Source of the DNA: Alphaproteobacteria bacterium
Lineage (GTDB): Bacteria; Pseudomonadota; Alphaproteobacteria; UBA828
Direction of reading: 5' to 3'
Length of the DNA: 64,000 bases
Assembly (NCBI GenBank): GCA_965214705.1
Contig: OZ243972.1
Span: forward strand, 1,408,001 to 1,472,000
Part shown: piece by piece, positions 31,121 to 40,200 of the stretch
How positions within the stretch are numbered: position 1 is the stretch's first letter
How the letters are laid out: every line of letters begins with the position of its first letter
The notes under the pieces: model-generated
Seen by the model: only the letters and a program-made list of their open reading frames with translations
The model's database searches: none
Told to the model about the DNA's origin: nothing
Position numbers and translations under genes: made by a program

Positions 31121-31675
31121 GCGCGCGTGCTGGCTCACTCCGAAATTCTCGCCAGGGTCGTGCTCCGCGCGGTCTCGCGCGCGCTCCGTGGGACGGGAAA
31201 CTTAAATTTCATGCGGGACGCGCCGGGATTATGCGGGATAAGTGCGATGTCGCGCACGCGCGTCCCGCGAGCCAGAGTCGCGCAAGCCCGCAGGTTCTTG
31301 CGCGCAGCAATTGGGGTCTCGCGCGCGAAAGAAGAGGCCCGCGCGGCATCGAATCCCGCTCGTTCAAGGTTAAGGGTTGGGCAGGCTCTCTCTCGAGAGC
31401 CTGCCCAACCCTTTTGAACGAAGCCGCGGGCCACGAGAGGCGAAGTTGAGCTATGTGGAAAGTGCGCTGATGTCAGCGTCAGGCGGCATCCACCGGCAGC
31501 AGAGTTGCGCATAAAATCGACGCTCGCGCCGGTCTTTCGGCAGGCATGCGGGCGCACGCTGCGAGGACTGAGCGGGGTGTGAGCCGAGGGCTGTCAGCCC
31601 GGCTCAAGCGGAGACAGGTTCGGTCGTGCGTCGGCGCTTTGGCGCCGTTGCGCGGGGCCGAAGCGAGCGGGCGTC

Positions 31676-32917
31676 TCACGGTTTCCCCCTGTGGGTCGGC
31701 GGCAGCGCCGGCGGGCCGCGCGTCGAGCGGGGCTCATGGCGGCGGCGGATTTCGCGGACGAGGCGCATGACGCCGCCGCAGTGGGGGCAGGCCACGGGCG
31801 CGGTGCCGATCTCGGGCTCTTCGTCGGGCTCGGCCCGAGCGCCGTCCACGCTTCCCTCGGGGGCGGCGCAGCCGAGGGCGCCGAGAGCCTGGCGTGCTCT
31901 CTCCAGCGTGCTGGCGCGGCAGCCGTTGGCGAGGATGCCGAAGTAGCGAATGCGGTGCATGCCGTCCGGCAGGACGTGCCTCAGGAAGCGGCGGATGAAC
32001 TCGTCGGCGCTCACGGTGGCGATGCCGTAGCGCGGCTTTCTCTGCCCCGGCGCCTTGGGCTTTCGGTGGCGGAAGGAGACCGTCTCGCCGTCGAAGGAGA
32101 CGATGCGGCTGTCGGAGATGGCGATCCTGTGCGTGTAGTGCGAGAGGTACCGGAAGACCTGCTCAGGCCCGCGGAAGGGCCGCTTGGCGTAGACCACCCA
32201 GTCCCTGGCCCGGGCGGCGGCAAGCGTGGCGTGGAACTCGCCGGGATTGGCGAGGTGGGCGAGGGTGCCGTGGAACTCCAGGTCCCCCCGGCCGTGGGCG
32301 CGGGCGAGCTCCTCGAGGAAGAGGCGGCGGAACAGGCTGCCGAGGACCTTGACGGGGGCGAGGAAGGTGGTGCTCCCCGTCTTCCACTCGCCACTGTCTA
32401 CGTCGAAGCCCGCGTTGGGCACGACCACGTGCAGGTGCGGGTGGAAGCGGAGCTTCTGATCCCAGGTATGGAGGACCGCGGTGCCGCCGATGCGCATGCC
32501 GCCGTGGCGGGGATCGGCGGCGATGGTGCGCAGGGTCTCGGCGACGGCCCGGAAGAGGATGTCGAACACCACCCTGCGGTTGCAGAAGGCAATGGCGGCA
32601 ACCTCCTTGGGCAGGGTGAAGACCACATGGAAGTAGGGCACCGGCAGGATGTCCCCGGCGCGCTCCTCGCTCCAGAGGTTGGCGGCGAGACCCTGGCAGG
32701 TGGGGCAGTGGCGGTTGCGGCAGGAGTTGAAGAGCGGATGCTCGCGCCCGCAGCCCTCGCAGGCGTACATGTGGCCGCCGAGCACGGCGGTGCGGCACGC
32801 CTCGATGGCGCCCATGACCTTGAGCCGGGCGGCGTCGATGCGCCCTTTGTGGCGCTCACGGAAAGCGGCGCCGGCGCGGCGGAAGATCTCCGCCACGCCC
32901 GCGCGTTCGGCCTCCAC
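31676..32917 (-). CDS. IS91 family Y2 rolling-circle transposase
   Basis: SCRNRHCPTCQ Zn domain, FHVVFTLP, HPHLH (HUH), YLSHYTHR (Y2), HRIRYFG. Confidence 0.95.
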   Translation of the reverse strand: MEAERAGVAEIFRRAGAAFRERHKGRIDAARLKVMGAIEACRTAVLGGHMYACEGCGREHPLFNSCRNRHCPTCQGLAANLWSEERAGDILPVPYFHVVFTLPKEVAAIAFCNRRVVFDILFRAVAETLRTIAADPRHGGMRIGGTAVLHTWDQKLRFHPHLHVVVPNAGFDVDSGEWKTGSTTFLAPVKVLGSLFRRLFLEELARAHGRGDLEFHGTLAHLANPGEFHATLAAARARDWVVYAKRPFRGPEQVFRYLSHYTHRIAISDSRIVSFDGETVSFRHRKPKAPGQRKPRYGIATVSADEFIRRFLRHVLPDGMHRIRYFGILANGCRASTLERARQALGALGCAAPEGSVDGARAEPDEEPEIGTAPVACPHCGGVMRLVREIRRRHEPRSTRGPPALPPTHRGKP

Positions 32918-32923
32918 GCGCCG

Positions 32924-33802
32924 TCAGTTGCGCAACGCTGCGAAGCCTGAGATCGGGTGGTCGAGGCCCTCGAACATCTTGCCGGTGACGCGGGCGTAGT
33001 GACGGGTCGTGTTCGCGCTTCGATGGCCGAGCATGTCCCGGATCACCTCGATATCGCCGCCGCGCTCGAGGAGATGGGTCGCCGCCGAATGGCGCAGGCA
33101 ATGGAAGGTGTAGCTGCGGTCGAGCTCGGCAATGTCGCGCGCCCTCCTGAAGGCGGCCTGCAAGGTCTCCGTTGCGATGGGCCTGTCGAGCGAGACGCCG
33201 TAGAAGAGCCAGCTCGTCGGACGCGGCCAGATGTTCCTGTAGTAGACGCGCAAGTAGTGGATGACGATGTCCGGCAACGGTGCCATTCTCTCGGTGCCGC
33301 CTTTGCCGGAGGGGATGTGCAGCAGCTTCTTCTCCGACAGGATGTCGCCGACCTTGATGGCCAAGGTCTCGGAGATGCGGAGCCCGCCGCCATAGCCGGT
33401 GACAATGGCAGCACGGTGGCGGAGGTCGGGTGTCGCAAGGATGAGGTGCTCGACCTCCTGCTCCGACATGTAGCGCGGCAGCTTGCCGGGCTTCTTGCGG
33501 GAGCGCAGGCCGGCGACATGGTCAGGCCAGCCGAGTGTGTCGATGTAGAGGAAGTTCAGCGCGGCGAAGGAGACGTTGGTCGTGCCCGGACTGAGCCCCT
33601 TGTCGATCCGCCCCAGGTACCACTGGCGCACCTGCTCGGCGTCGAGCTCGTCCGGCGAGGCGTCGTAGTACCTGGCCAGGTTCTTGATCTCGCAGATGTA
33701 GGCCTTGGACGTGCTCGCGGCCAGATTGGCGATGCGGAGCTGCTCCTCCATGCGCTGGCGAAGAGGGGTGACGGTGTTCGTGTCGCACGCGGTCCCGGTC
33801 AT
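32924..33802 (-). CDS. tyrosine recombinase (SAM-like N-terminus, XerD-like)
   Basis: TPLRQRM, GLRISE, GKGG, FHCLRHS, LGH, HY; ATG 33802 with RBS GGGAG. Confidence 0.93.
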   Translation of the reverse strand: MTGTACDTNTVTPLRQRMEEQLRIANLAASTSKAYICEIKNLARYYDASPDELDAEQVRQWYLGRIDKGLSPGTTNVSFAALNFLYIDTLGWPDHVAGLRSRKKPGKLPRYMSEQEVEHLILATPDLRHRAAIVTGYGGGLRISETLAIKVGDILSEKKLLHIPSGKGGTERMAPLPDIVIHYLRVYYRNIWPRPTSWLFYGVSLDRPIATETLQAAFRRARDIAELDRSYTFHCLRHSAATHLLERGGDIEVIRDMLGHRSANTTRHYARVTGKMFEGLDHPISGFAALRN

Positions 33803-34478
33803 TATCGATCTCCCTGGATCGCGACGGCGCGCCGCCGGACCGATCCGGCGACGGTCCGTCGCAGGGGTCGATGCTAACCACTGGTGATCGGGAGGCTGCT
33901 GGGGATCCGCCACCCGACGGGCGGAGCGCCACTGACGCAACCGGGAAGCGAACGCACAGAACAAACGGCACCCGCGACGCCTCGGAAATGAATGAACTCT
34001 ACGCCGCTAACTCCGCGTAGCGGCTTCGTTCAAATGCCCCGGCTGTCGCGACCCGCTTGCTCTCGCACGTCATGACACAACGGTGGCCCGCCCGCCTCGC
34101 CCTGTGCACCGCACCATCGTCAGGTGTGCACTTACAGTAGCGAATTCCTGGCGAGCGCACCGTGACGCAGGGTTGCAGCTTCCTCCTGCATTAGAGTTAT
34201 GCTACAGTGGGTTATGGACGATGTCAAGGGCAAATGGAGCGGGGCTGGAGGACACATTGGCTGATCTTGTGTCTCTAATTAGTTGCATTCAGGGAAGCCG
34301 GGATGTGGAGTTTTCCGTGGAGCGCTGGTACGGTCTTGACATCCAATCTGGCTCGCCATGTTAAGGACATAATAGAGACATAGGAGCGTGTCGGCGATGA
34401 ATACCATAGGAATATCATGACATATTCTACGTCATCATGCAGCTGCGTGTCGCAGTCTCCACAGGCCTTGCCGGACGG

Positions 34479-34850
34479 ATGGCCGCGATGAGGGAGGACG
34501 CCGGCGGACGCCGCCAGCGCGCGGTGATGGCGACCGATGCGGAGTGGGAGCGGCTCGGCCGGGCGGCGGCGGCGAGCGGCATGGACCTGTCGCGCTTCGT
34601 GATCCATCGCGCGCTGGACCGGGACCCTCTGCCGCCGGAGGTTCTGCGCCGGGCGGTGCGCGAGATGCTGGTGATGTCGAGGCTGGAGGAGAGGCGGCTG
34701 CGCGGGGCCGGCGCCGGCGAGGCCTGGGAGGACGCCTGCGACGCGGTGGACGAATGGATCGAGCGGGAGGGCACGCTGGACCGGCTGACCGATCCCGGCG
34801 CGGCGAACCGATGGAAGGCGGCGGGGCCGGCTGAGGAGGACGGGTCGTGA
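34479..34850 (+). CDS. MobC-like ribbon-helix-helix protein
   Basis: ATDAEWERLGRAAAASGMDLSRFVIHRAL resembles the RHH/MobC pattern; an overlapping GTG ORF at 34847 looks truncated. Confidence 0.5.
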   Translation: MAAMREDAGGRRQRAVMATDAEWERLGRAAAASGMDLSRFVIHRALDRDPLPPEVLRRAVREMLVMSRLEERRLRGAGAGEAWEDACDAVDEWIEREGTLDRLTDPGAANRWKAAGPAEEDGS

Positions 34851-35043
34851 CGGAGGAGGCGGTGCGGCCCGGCAGGCGTCAGCGGAGAAGACCGTGTCGC
34901 GCTATGTGCTGGAGCTCGCGCTCGCCTCGGTACTGGGCGAGGAGCGGGCGGGTATCGCTGCGGCCTCGGTCGCGGTCTCGACCGAGCCGTCGGCAGCGAA
35001 GCAAGCGGTCGCGCCTCAGGCCCGCGAGGGGGAGAGGGACCCC

Positions 35044-35227
35044 CATAAGCGCTAACTTGTTTGGTGGATCGATGTCACGCACCGTCGAATCCCCCTTGGA
35101 GCCACTCCGGGCGCCCGGCGAGAGGGCCAAAATTCCCGGATTCGTCCACCGAATCGCTCCATCGTTGCCAATTCCGGTTGTCGAAATGCGCAAAGACATG
35201 GCGCGAGCGAACAAGTTAGCGCCTATG
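35044..35227. mobile_element. IS186-like (IS4 family) MITE, 184 bp
   Basis: 18-bp TIR CATA(A/G)GCGCTAACTTGTT; 11-bp direct repeat AGAGGGACCCC at 35033-35043 and 35228-35238. Confidence 0.85.
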
Positions 35228-35482
35228 AGAGGGACCCCCGCCAGGACCGGCTCTTCTGAGGCGCTCACCGTCTGCGCTGCCGGCATGAACGATGTGCGCG
35301 AGGTCGACCGAACGAGGAGAGGGATGGCGTGACAGCGGAAACAGAACATTTCGATGTGGCACGCCTGTCCGCCAATGTGGCCGATCATGTGTTGGCGTGA
35401 GCGTCTCGGCCACAGAGTGACATGCCATCGCGAACCTTCTATATTGGTCTCGGAGGCACAATGAAGTCAGCCAATTCGTTGA

Positions 35483-35648
35483 AAGGCTTATCCCGTTGAG
35501 CACGGCTTCTCAATATATGGGATACCGGATCGCCGCCATTCGGCGGGTAAGTACGTGAAACAAGGGAGGAACTGGGACCATGGCGAATGACTTTGCCGAC
35601 GCGGCCGGTACAGCATCTTGGGAAGCCGGAACCAAAGGGATAAGCCTT
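35483..35648 (+). mobile_element. IS1595-family (ISSod11-type) internally deleted element, 166 bp
   Basis: 12-bp perfect TIR AAGGCTTATCCC; 8-bp DR TTCGTTGA at 35475-35482 and 35649-35656. Confidence 0.8.
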
Positions 35649-35759
35649 TTCGTTGAATACATCCGCTAGGCCATTCGCTGGCGCACGCTCACCGAGCGAT
35701 TCCGCGATAATAACCACCTAGAGCCGCTTCACCAGCGCAGTGAGGGCGATGCGCGTCCG

Positions 35760-37481
35760 ATGCAAGAAGAGCCGACACAACCTCCACAGGCCGCAGAAAA
35801 GATGCTGCCATCTTGTGAGCGAGCGGTGCGAAGCCCATGGGCGCGCGCCCGAGCGGCAGCCGTCAACCTCTCTCTGGTGCTTTCGTCGCTCTTGGTGTGC
35901 CTCGCCGCAGGGGAAGGGTATCTGCGGCTTTTTTATCCGAAGTACGAGTACGCCGCCGAGTCCCAATACGATCTCGATAGCCGGCGCATCTGGGTGCGGC
36001 AAGCGCATTCGGTATCGAGCCGGGCACATCCCGACACCGGCGTGAGTCACGCCGTTATCCACAATAACCTGGCCATGAGGCAGCATCGGAATTTCAGTGA
36101 CGGCGACATCGCAGGGGCCGTGAACCTAGGCTTTTTCGGCGACTCCTATACCGAAAACCTGCGCCTGCCCTCCCAATATTCGTTCAACGAAATATTGGAC
36201 TTTCTATTGAATTCCCCCCCCCCCCCCCCCCCCCCCCCCGCGAAACACAGGGATAGATTCAACGTCCTGAATCTCGGCGTGGACGGTTATGGCACCGACC
36301 AGTCGTTTCTCTATTACGAAGACTTCCGGTACTCGGCCGAACTGGACGTAGTGTTCTACGTATTCTGCAGTAACGATCTACGGGACATCTACGAGAAAAG
36401 GCTTTTTCGTCTAAACGAAACTGGCCAGTTGGCGCGGAACCCGGCCATCGAGCCTACACCCTGGGTTTCGCTGTTGTCCCGATTTCATATGACTTACCTC
36501 GTTCTTGATGCGGCGAGTCGACTGCCGCTGCTTACCGGGGCACTTGAAGACGTCGCCGGCAGGTTCTTCGAAGCGGGCGAGCGCATCGATGCCAAGTTGG
36601 CAGAAGAATGGGAGGGCAGACGCAACGGGGCCAAGGCAATGGCCCTGGAAGCCGACGTCAGCGATGGAACGCCGGACAGCGAACGCGCAAAGGACACCGG
36701 CGTCATCTTCCAATCCCTGCTTCGCGCCTGGCAACAAGCGGTGCAAGAGCGGGGCGGACGATTTGTTGTCGTCATCCTGCCGATTCCACGGGAAGACCGG
36801 ATGACCGCGCTGATTCCTTCAGAAATTGAAACTATGAACCTATTCGAGTGCTTCAACGAATACGACGCCGAATACGATTATTACAGAGATGTGCGGTTCG
36901 CGAACGACGGGCACTGGAACGAGCAGGGTAATATGCTCGCCGCCGTCTGCCTGTACAGGTTTCTCGAACGGAAAATGAACTTGTCTGTCCGCTCTGCCAA
37001 CGAACTTCTTGAGGAATTGTACAGATACTACTCAGCCTTTCAGGCGTGGATGCCTACCGAAGAGTGGACAAGGCCGACTTCGGTGCATCCACAAGATTTG
37101 GTTGCTATTCGAAGCAAGTATTTGGCGGAAGGGCTATCGCGACGCGGCAGGTTGATTGTCCGCTCTACCTTCGACCTGTACCTCGACGGACGTCACCTGA
37201 CCTATGCCAAGGCGCCTTGCGTCCCGGCGGACACCGAGGCGAAGTTTTTTTTGCACGTCTATCCTGCGGACACGAATGACCTGCCCCGTACCCGGCAGCA
37301 GCACGGTTTTGACAACCTGGATTTTAGCATCGATTCCACAGACGCGAAGTTTGACGAATCGTGCCTCACGACTGTCCGGCTTCCGCAGTACGGCATCGCC
37401 CGCGTCCATACCGGTCAATTCGTTGCCGAAACGGGACGGATTTGGCAGGAAGAGTTTACGTTCGGGGCTGACCCGACGTAG
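35760..37481 (+). CDS. membrane-anchored SGNH/GDSL hydrolase-like protein with extra C-terminal domain
   Basis: N-terminal TM; FGDSY, LNLGVDGYG, FCSND, DGHWN blocks; C-terminal FFLHVYP/GFDNLDF/TGQF domain. Confidence 0.8.
   Translation: MQEEPTQPPQAAEKMLPSCERAVRSPWARARAAAVNLSLVLSSLLVCLAAGEGYLRLFYPKYEYAAESQYDLDSRRIWVRQAHSVSSRAHPDTGVSHAVIHNNLAMRQHRNFSDGDIAGAVNLGFFGDSYTENLRLPSQYSFNEILDFLLNSPPPPPPPPAKHRDRFNVLNLGVDGYGTDQSFLYYEDFRYSAELDVVFYVFCSNDLRDIYEKRLFRLNETGQLARNPAIEPTPWVSLLSRFHMTYLVLDAASRLPLLTGALEDVAGRFFEAGERIDAKLAEEWEGRRNGAKAMALEADVSDGTPDSERAKDTGVIFQSLLRAWQQAVQERGGRFVVVILPIPREDRMTALIPSEIETMNLFECFNEYDAEYDYYRDVRFANDGHWNEQGNMLAAVCLYRFLERKMNLSVRSANELLEELYRYYSAFQAWMPTEEWTRPTSVHPQDLVAIRSKYLAEGLSRRGRLIVRSTFDLYLDGRHLTYAKAPCVPADTEAKFFLHVYPADTNDLPRTRQQHGFDNLDFSIDSTDAKFDESCLTTVRLPQYGIARVHTGQFVAETGRIWQEEFTFGADPT
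36214..36239 (+). repeat. C26 homopolymer inside a CDS (poly-Pro)
   Basis: 26 consecutive C, reading frame preserved. Confidence 0.9.
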
Positions 37482-37527
37482 GACACGAGATCAGGAGTTA
37501 TCGTATGGCTTCAAAGAGTCCTACACC

Positions 37528-37908
37528 ATGAATTCAAATCGCGCCTTCGGCTTCGTCTTCGTCATCGCGTTCGGCGCGATCGCGCTATTTCCGCTGACCG
37601 GTGGCGAGCCACCGCGCTTCTGGGCGCTCGCCGCCATGGCGCTCGTGCTGGCTGCGGCGCTGATCACGCCGGATTGGCTGACACCGTTTAATCGCGCGTG
37701 GCTCCATGTCGGCCAATTCCTGCACCGCATCACCAGCCCACTGGTGATCGCGGTGATCTACTTCGCTGTGGTAACGCCGACCGGCCTCGTCATGCGCGCA
37801 TTGGGCAGGGATCCGTTACGACTGCGCCGCGACCCGCACGCGCCAAGCTACTGGATTCGACGCGATCCCCCCGGGCCCGATCCAGAAACGATGACGAACC
37901 AGTTCTGA
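37528..37908 (+). CDS. SxtJ family membrane protein
   Basis: SNRAFG, PFNRAW, TPTGLVMRALGRDPL, SYWIRR, NQF end. Confidence 0.85.
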   Translation: MNSNRAFGFVFVIAFGAIALFPLTGGEPPRFWALAAMALVLAAALITPDWLTPFNRAWLHVGQFLHRITSPLVIAVIYFAVVTPTGLVMRALGRDPLRLRRDPHAPSYWIRRDPPGPDPETMTNQF

Positions 37909-37918
37909 GGCTTTGCCG

Positions 37919-38065
37919 ATGTCTTTTCTTCGCGAATTTGTGGCCTTTATGCGCGTGCGCAAGAGGTACTGGCTGTTGCCGGTGGTGGTAGCGATGCTGG
38001 TACTGGGCGGGCTGATCGTGCTTAGCCAAAGCGCCGTCGGACCCTTCATCTACGCCATCTTTTAG
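37919..38065 (+). CDS. SxtK/DUF5989 family small membrane protein (48 aa)
   Basis: Manual translation MSFLREFVAFMRVRKRYWLLPVVVAMLVLGGLIVLSQSAVGPFIYAIF; not in ORF track. Confidence 0.88.
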   Translation: MSFLREFVAFMRVRKRYWLLPVVVAMLVLGGLIVLSQSAVGPFIYAIF

Positions 38066-38069
38066 GGTC

Positions 38070-39932
38070 GTGCGCATCCTGGGCGTTTCCGCCTTCTATC
38101 ACGACGCTGCGGCGGCGTTGATCGAAGGTGGCAAGATCGTCGCTGCGGCGCAAGAAGAGCGCTTCACCCGTTGCAAGCACGACGCCGGCTATCCGGCCAA
38201 CGCGATTCGCTACTGTTTGGACGAAGCGGGGCTGCAACCCTCCGAAGTGGACCGGGTGACGTTCTACGACAAGCCCTTCCTCAAGTTCGAGAGGCTTCTC
38301 GAAACCTATATAGCGTTGGCGCCGCGGGGCTTCCGATCTTTTCGCTTGGCGGCACCGGTTTGGATCAAGGAGAAACTGTTCCAGAAAGACCTGTTGCGTC
38401 GCGAGTTGAAGAAACTCGACCCCGAGCTCGATTGGGCGACCAAGCTGCTGTTCGCCGAGCACCACCAGTCACACGCCGCGAGCGCATTCTATCCCTCGCC
38501 TTTCCGCGAGGCGGCGGTGCTGACGATGGACGGTGTGGGCGAGTGGGCCACCACGTCGGCAGCTATCGGCCGCGGTAATGAACTCACGATCGCCAAGGAG
38601 CTGCACTTCCCCCATTCCCTGGGACTGCTTTATTCGGCGTTCACCTACTACGTGGGTTTCAAAGTGAACTCCGGCGAGTACAAGCTGATGGGGCTCGCGC
38701 CGTACGGCGAGCCGAAATACGTGCAGACAATCCTCGACCGCCTGATCGATCTCAAGACCGACGGCACGTTCCGCCTCGCCCTCGATCACTTCGACTACTG
38801 CACCGGCCTTGCGATGACGAACGACCGCTTCGACGCGCTGTTCGGCGGTGCGCCGCGAAAGCCGGAGGAAGCTTTGACCCAACGCCACATGGATGTGGCC
38901 GCTTCGGCGCAGACTGTGATAGAGGAAGCGGTGCTGCGGCTGACCCGATCATTGCGACGCGAGACCGGCATTCGGCAGCTTTGCTTGGCGGGTGGTGTCG
39001 CGCTCAACTGCGTCGCCAACGGCAAGGTGCTGCGCGACGGCCAATTCGACGAAGTTTGGATCCAGCCAGCAGCCGGCGACGCCGGCGGTGCTTTGGGTGC
39101 CGCGCTAATGGCGAGCCACGGCTTGTTCGGCGAGCCGCGCCGCATGTGCGGTTCGGGGGAGATTCGAATGGGAGGAGCCGGCGACGCCATGCGCGGTGCC
39201 TTGCTCGGCCCGGAATTCGGCCTGGACGAGATCCAGCAGGCCCTTGATGCCTTAGGTGCCCATTACGAGACGCTCCCGGACGACGAACTGCTCGACACCA
39301 CCGCTGCGGCGCTGGCCGAGGGTAAAGCCGTGGGCTGGTTCCAGGGCCGAATGGAGTTCGGCCCTCGCGCGCTCGGCAACCGCTCGATCCTCGCGGACGC
39401 CCGTTCGCCCTCCATGCAGAGCACCTTGAACCTCAAGGTTAAGTTCCGCGAATCCTTTCGCCCATTCGCGCCGAGTGTGCTGCGCGAGGACGTCGCCGAG
39501 TGGTTCGACCTCGACGGCGACAGCCCTTACATGCTGCTCGTCGCTAATGTGGCTGGGTCGCGGCGCAAGCGGTCCGTCAAAATGGATCCCGGTCTCGCCG
39601 GCCTCCGTCGGCTGCGCGAGGTGCGCTCGCAGATTCCTGCTGTGACGCACGTCGACGATTCCGCCCGCGTGCAGACCGTGCATCGCGAAACGAACCCCCG
39701 CTACCATGCGCTGCTCACGGCCTTCAAGGCAAAGACCGGCTGTCCGGTGGTCGTGAACACCAGCTTCAATGTCCGTGGCGAGCCCATCGTCTGTACGCCC
39801 GAGGACGCGTTCCGCTGCTTCATAGGCACGGACATCGACTGCCTCGCCATCGGCAACTGCTTCCTGCGCAAGGAGCAACAGGACCCGGCACTCAGAGTCG
39901 GGAATTATGAGAACTCATTCGAGCCGGATTGA
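38070..39932 (+). CDS. NodU/CmcH/SxtI family O-carbamoyltransferase
   Basis: YHDAAA, QEERF, EHHQSHAASAF, GEYKLMGLA, GGVALNC, EFGPRALGNRS, RESFRPFAP, NTSFN. Confidence 0.95.
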   Translation: MRILGVSAFYHDAAAALIEGGKIVAAAQEERFTRCKHDAGYPANAIRYCLDEAGLQPSEVDRVTFYDKPFLKFERLLETYIALAPRGFRSFRLAAPVWIKEKLFQKDLLRRELKKLDPELDWATKLLFAEHHQSHAASAFYPSPFREAAVLTMDGVGEWATTSAAIGRGNELTIAKELHFPHSLGLLYSAFTYYVGFKVNSGEYKLMGLAPYGEPKYVQTILDRLIDLKTDGTFRLALDHFDYCTGLAMTNDRFDALFGGAPRKPEEALTQRHMDVAASAQTVIEEAVLRLTRSLRRETGIRQLCLAGGVALNCVANGKVLRDGQFDEVWIQPAAGDAGGALGAALMASHGLFGEPRRMCGSGEIRMGGAGDAMRGALLGPEFGLDEIQQALDALGAHYETLPDDELLDTTAAALAEGKAVGWFQGRMEFGPRALGNRSILADARSPSMQSTLNLKVKFRESFRPFAPSVLREDVAEWFDLDGDSPYMLLVANVAGSRRKRSVKMDPGLAGLRRLREVRSQIPAVTHVDDSARVQTVHRETNPRYHALLTAFKAKTGCPVVVNTSFNVRGEPIVCTPEDAFRCFIGTDIDCLAIGNCFLRKEQQDPALRVGNYENSFEPD

Positions 39933-40089
39933 CGGGCCGGCGCCAGGCAAGGAATCTGGTAGAGTTAGCTGTGGGCTGGCGCGCCAGCATTGGGGTCCGG
40001 TGGCTGTTCCGTCGCTTTAGATGAACATTCTGGCGACAGGCCGATCCCGAACCCGCCTGAATATCAGTCACGTATATAAATCCCAACAG

Positions 40090-40200
40090 ACCGTTTATGC
40101 ACTTGGCTCCGGTGCCACACGATGTTGCCCCCAATGTCGGCTATTTCAGGCCCGCCAGACGCTGCATGTGGGTTTCACCGGAGCATTGTGCATAAGCGGT
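40090..40200. mobile_element. MITE, 111 bp
   Basis: 25-bp TIR with 4 mismatches; 9-bp DR TCCCAACAG at 40081-40089 and 40201-40209. Confidence 0.8.

Larger units (their letters stand above)
31366..34033 (-). mobile_element. IS91-family element carrying a tyrosine recombinase
   Basis: int+tnp pair; 15-bp IR TTTGAACGAAGCCGC (31413-31427 / 34020-34034); perfect 19-bp hairpin 31372-31413; TCGTTCAA direct repeat at 31360-31367 and 34026-34033; exact ends uncertain. Confidence 0.8.

Noticed and set aside
29866-31138. 778-aa ORF 28802-31138 read as a single fusion protein
   Set aside because: The upstream part is an Arg-rich alternative frame of the beta-propeller gene; only the 3' S41 part looks coding.
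31503-31530. dif-like half site AGTTGCGCATAA
   Set aside because: No XerD arm (TTATGTTAAAT-like) at the 6-bp spacing.
34270-34380. 8-bp inverted repeat TGTCTCTA / TAGAGACA in an AT-rich spacer
   Set aside because: Too short and no flanking duplication, so not called a MITE.
37528-39932. Saxitoxin biosynthesis
   Set aside because: Only sxtI/J/K-like genes are present; no sxtA, sxtG or other core genes in the window.
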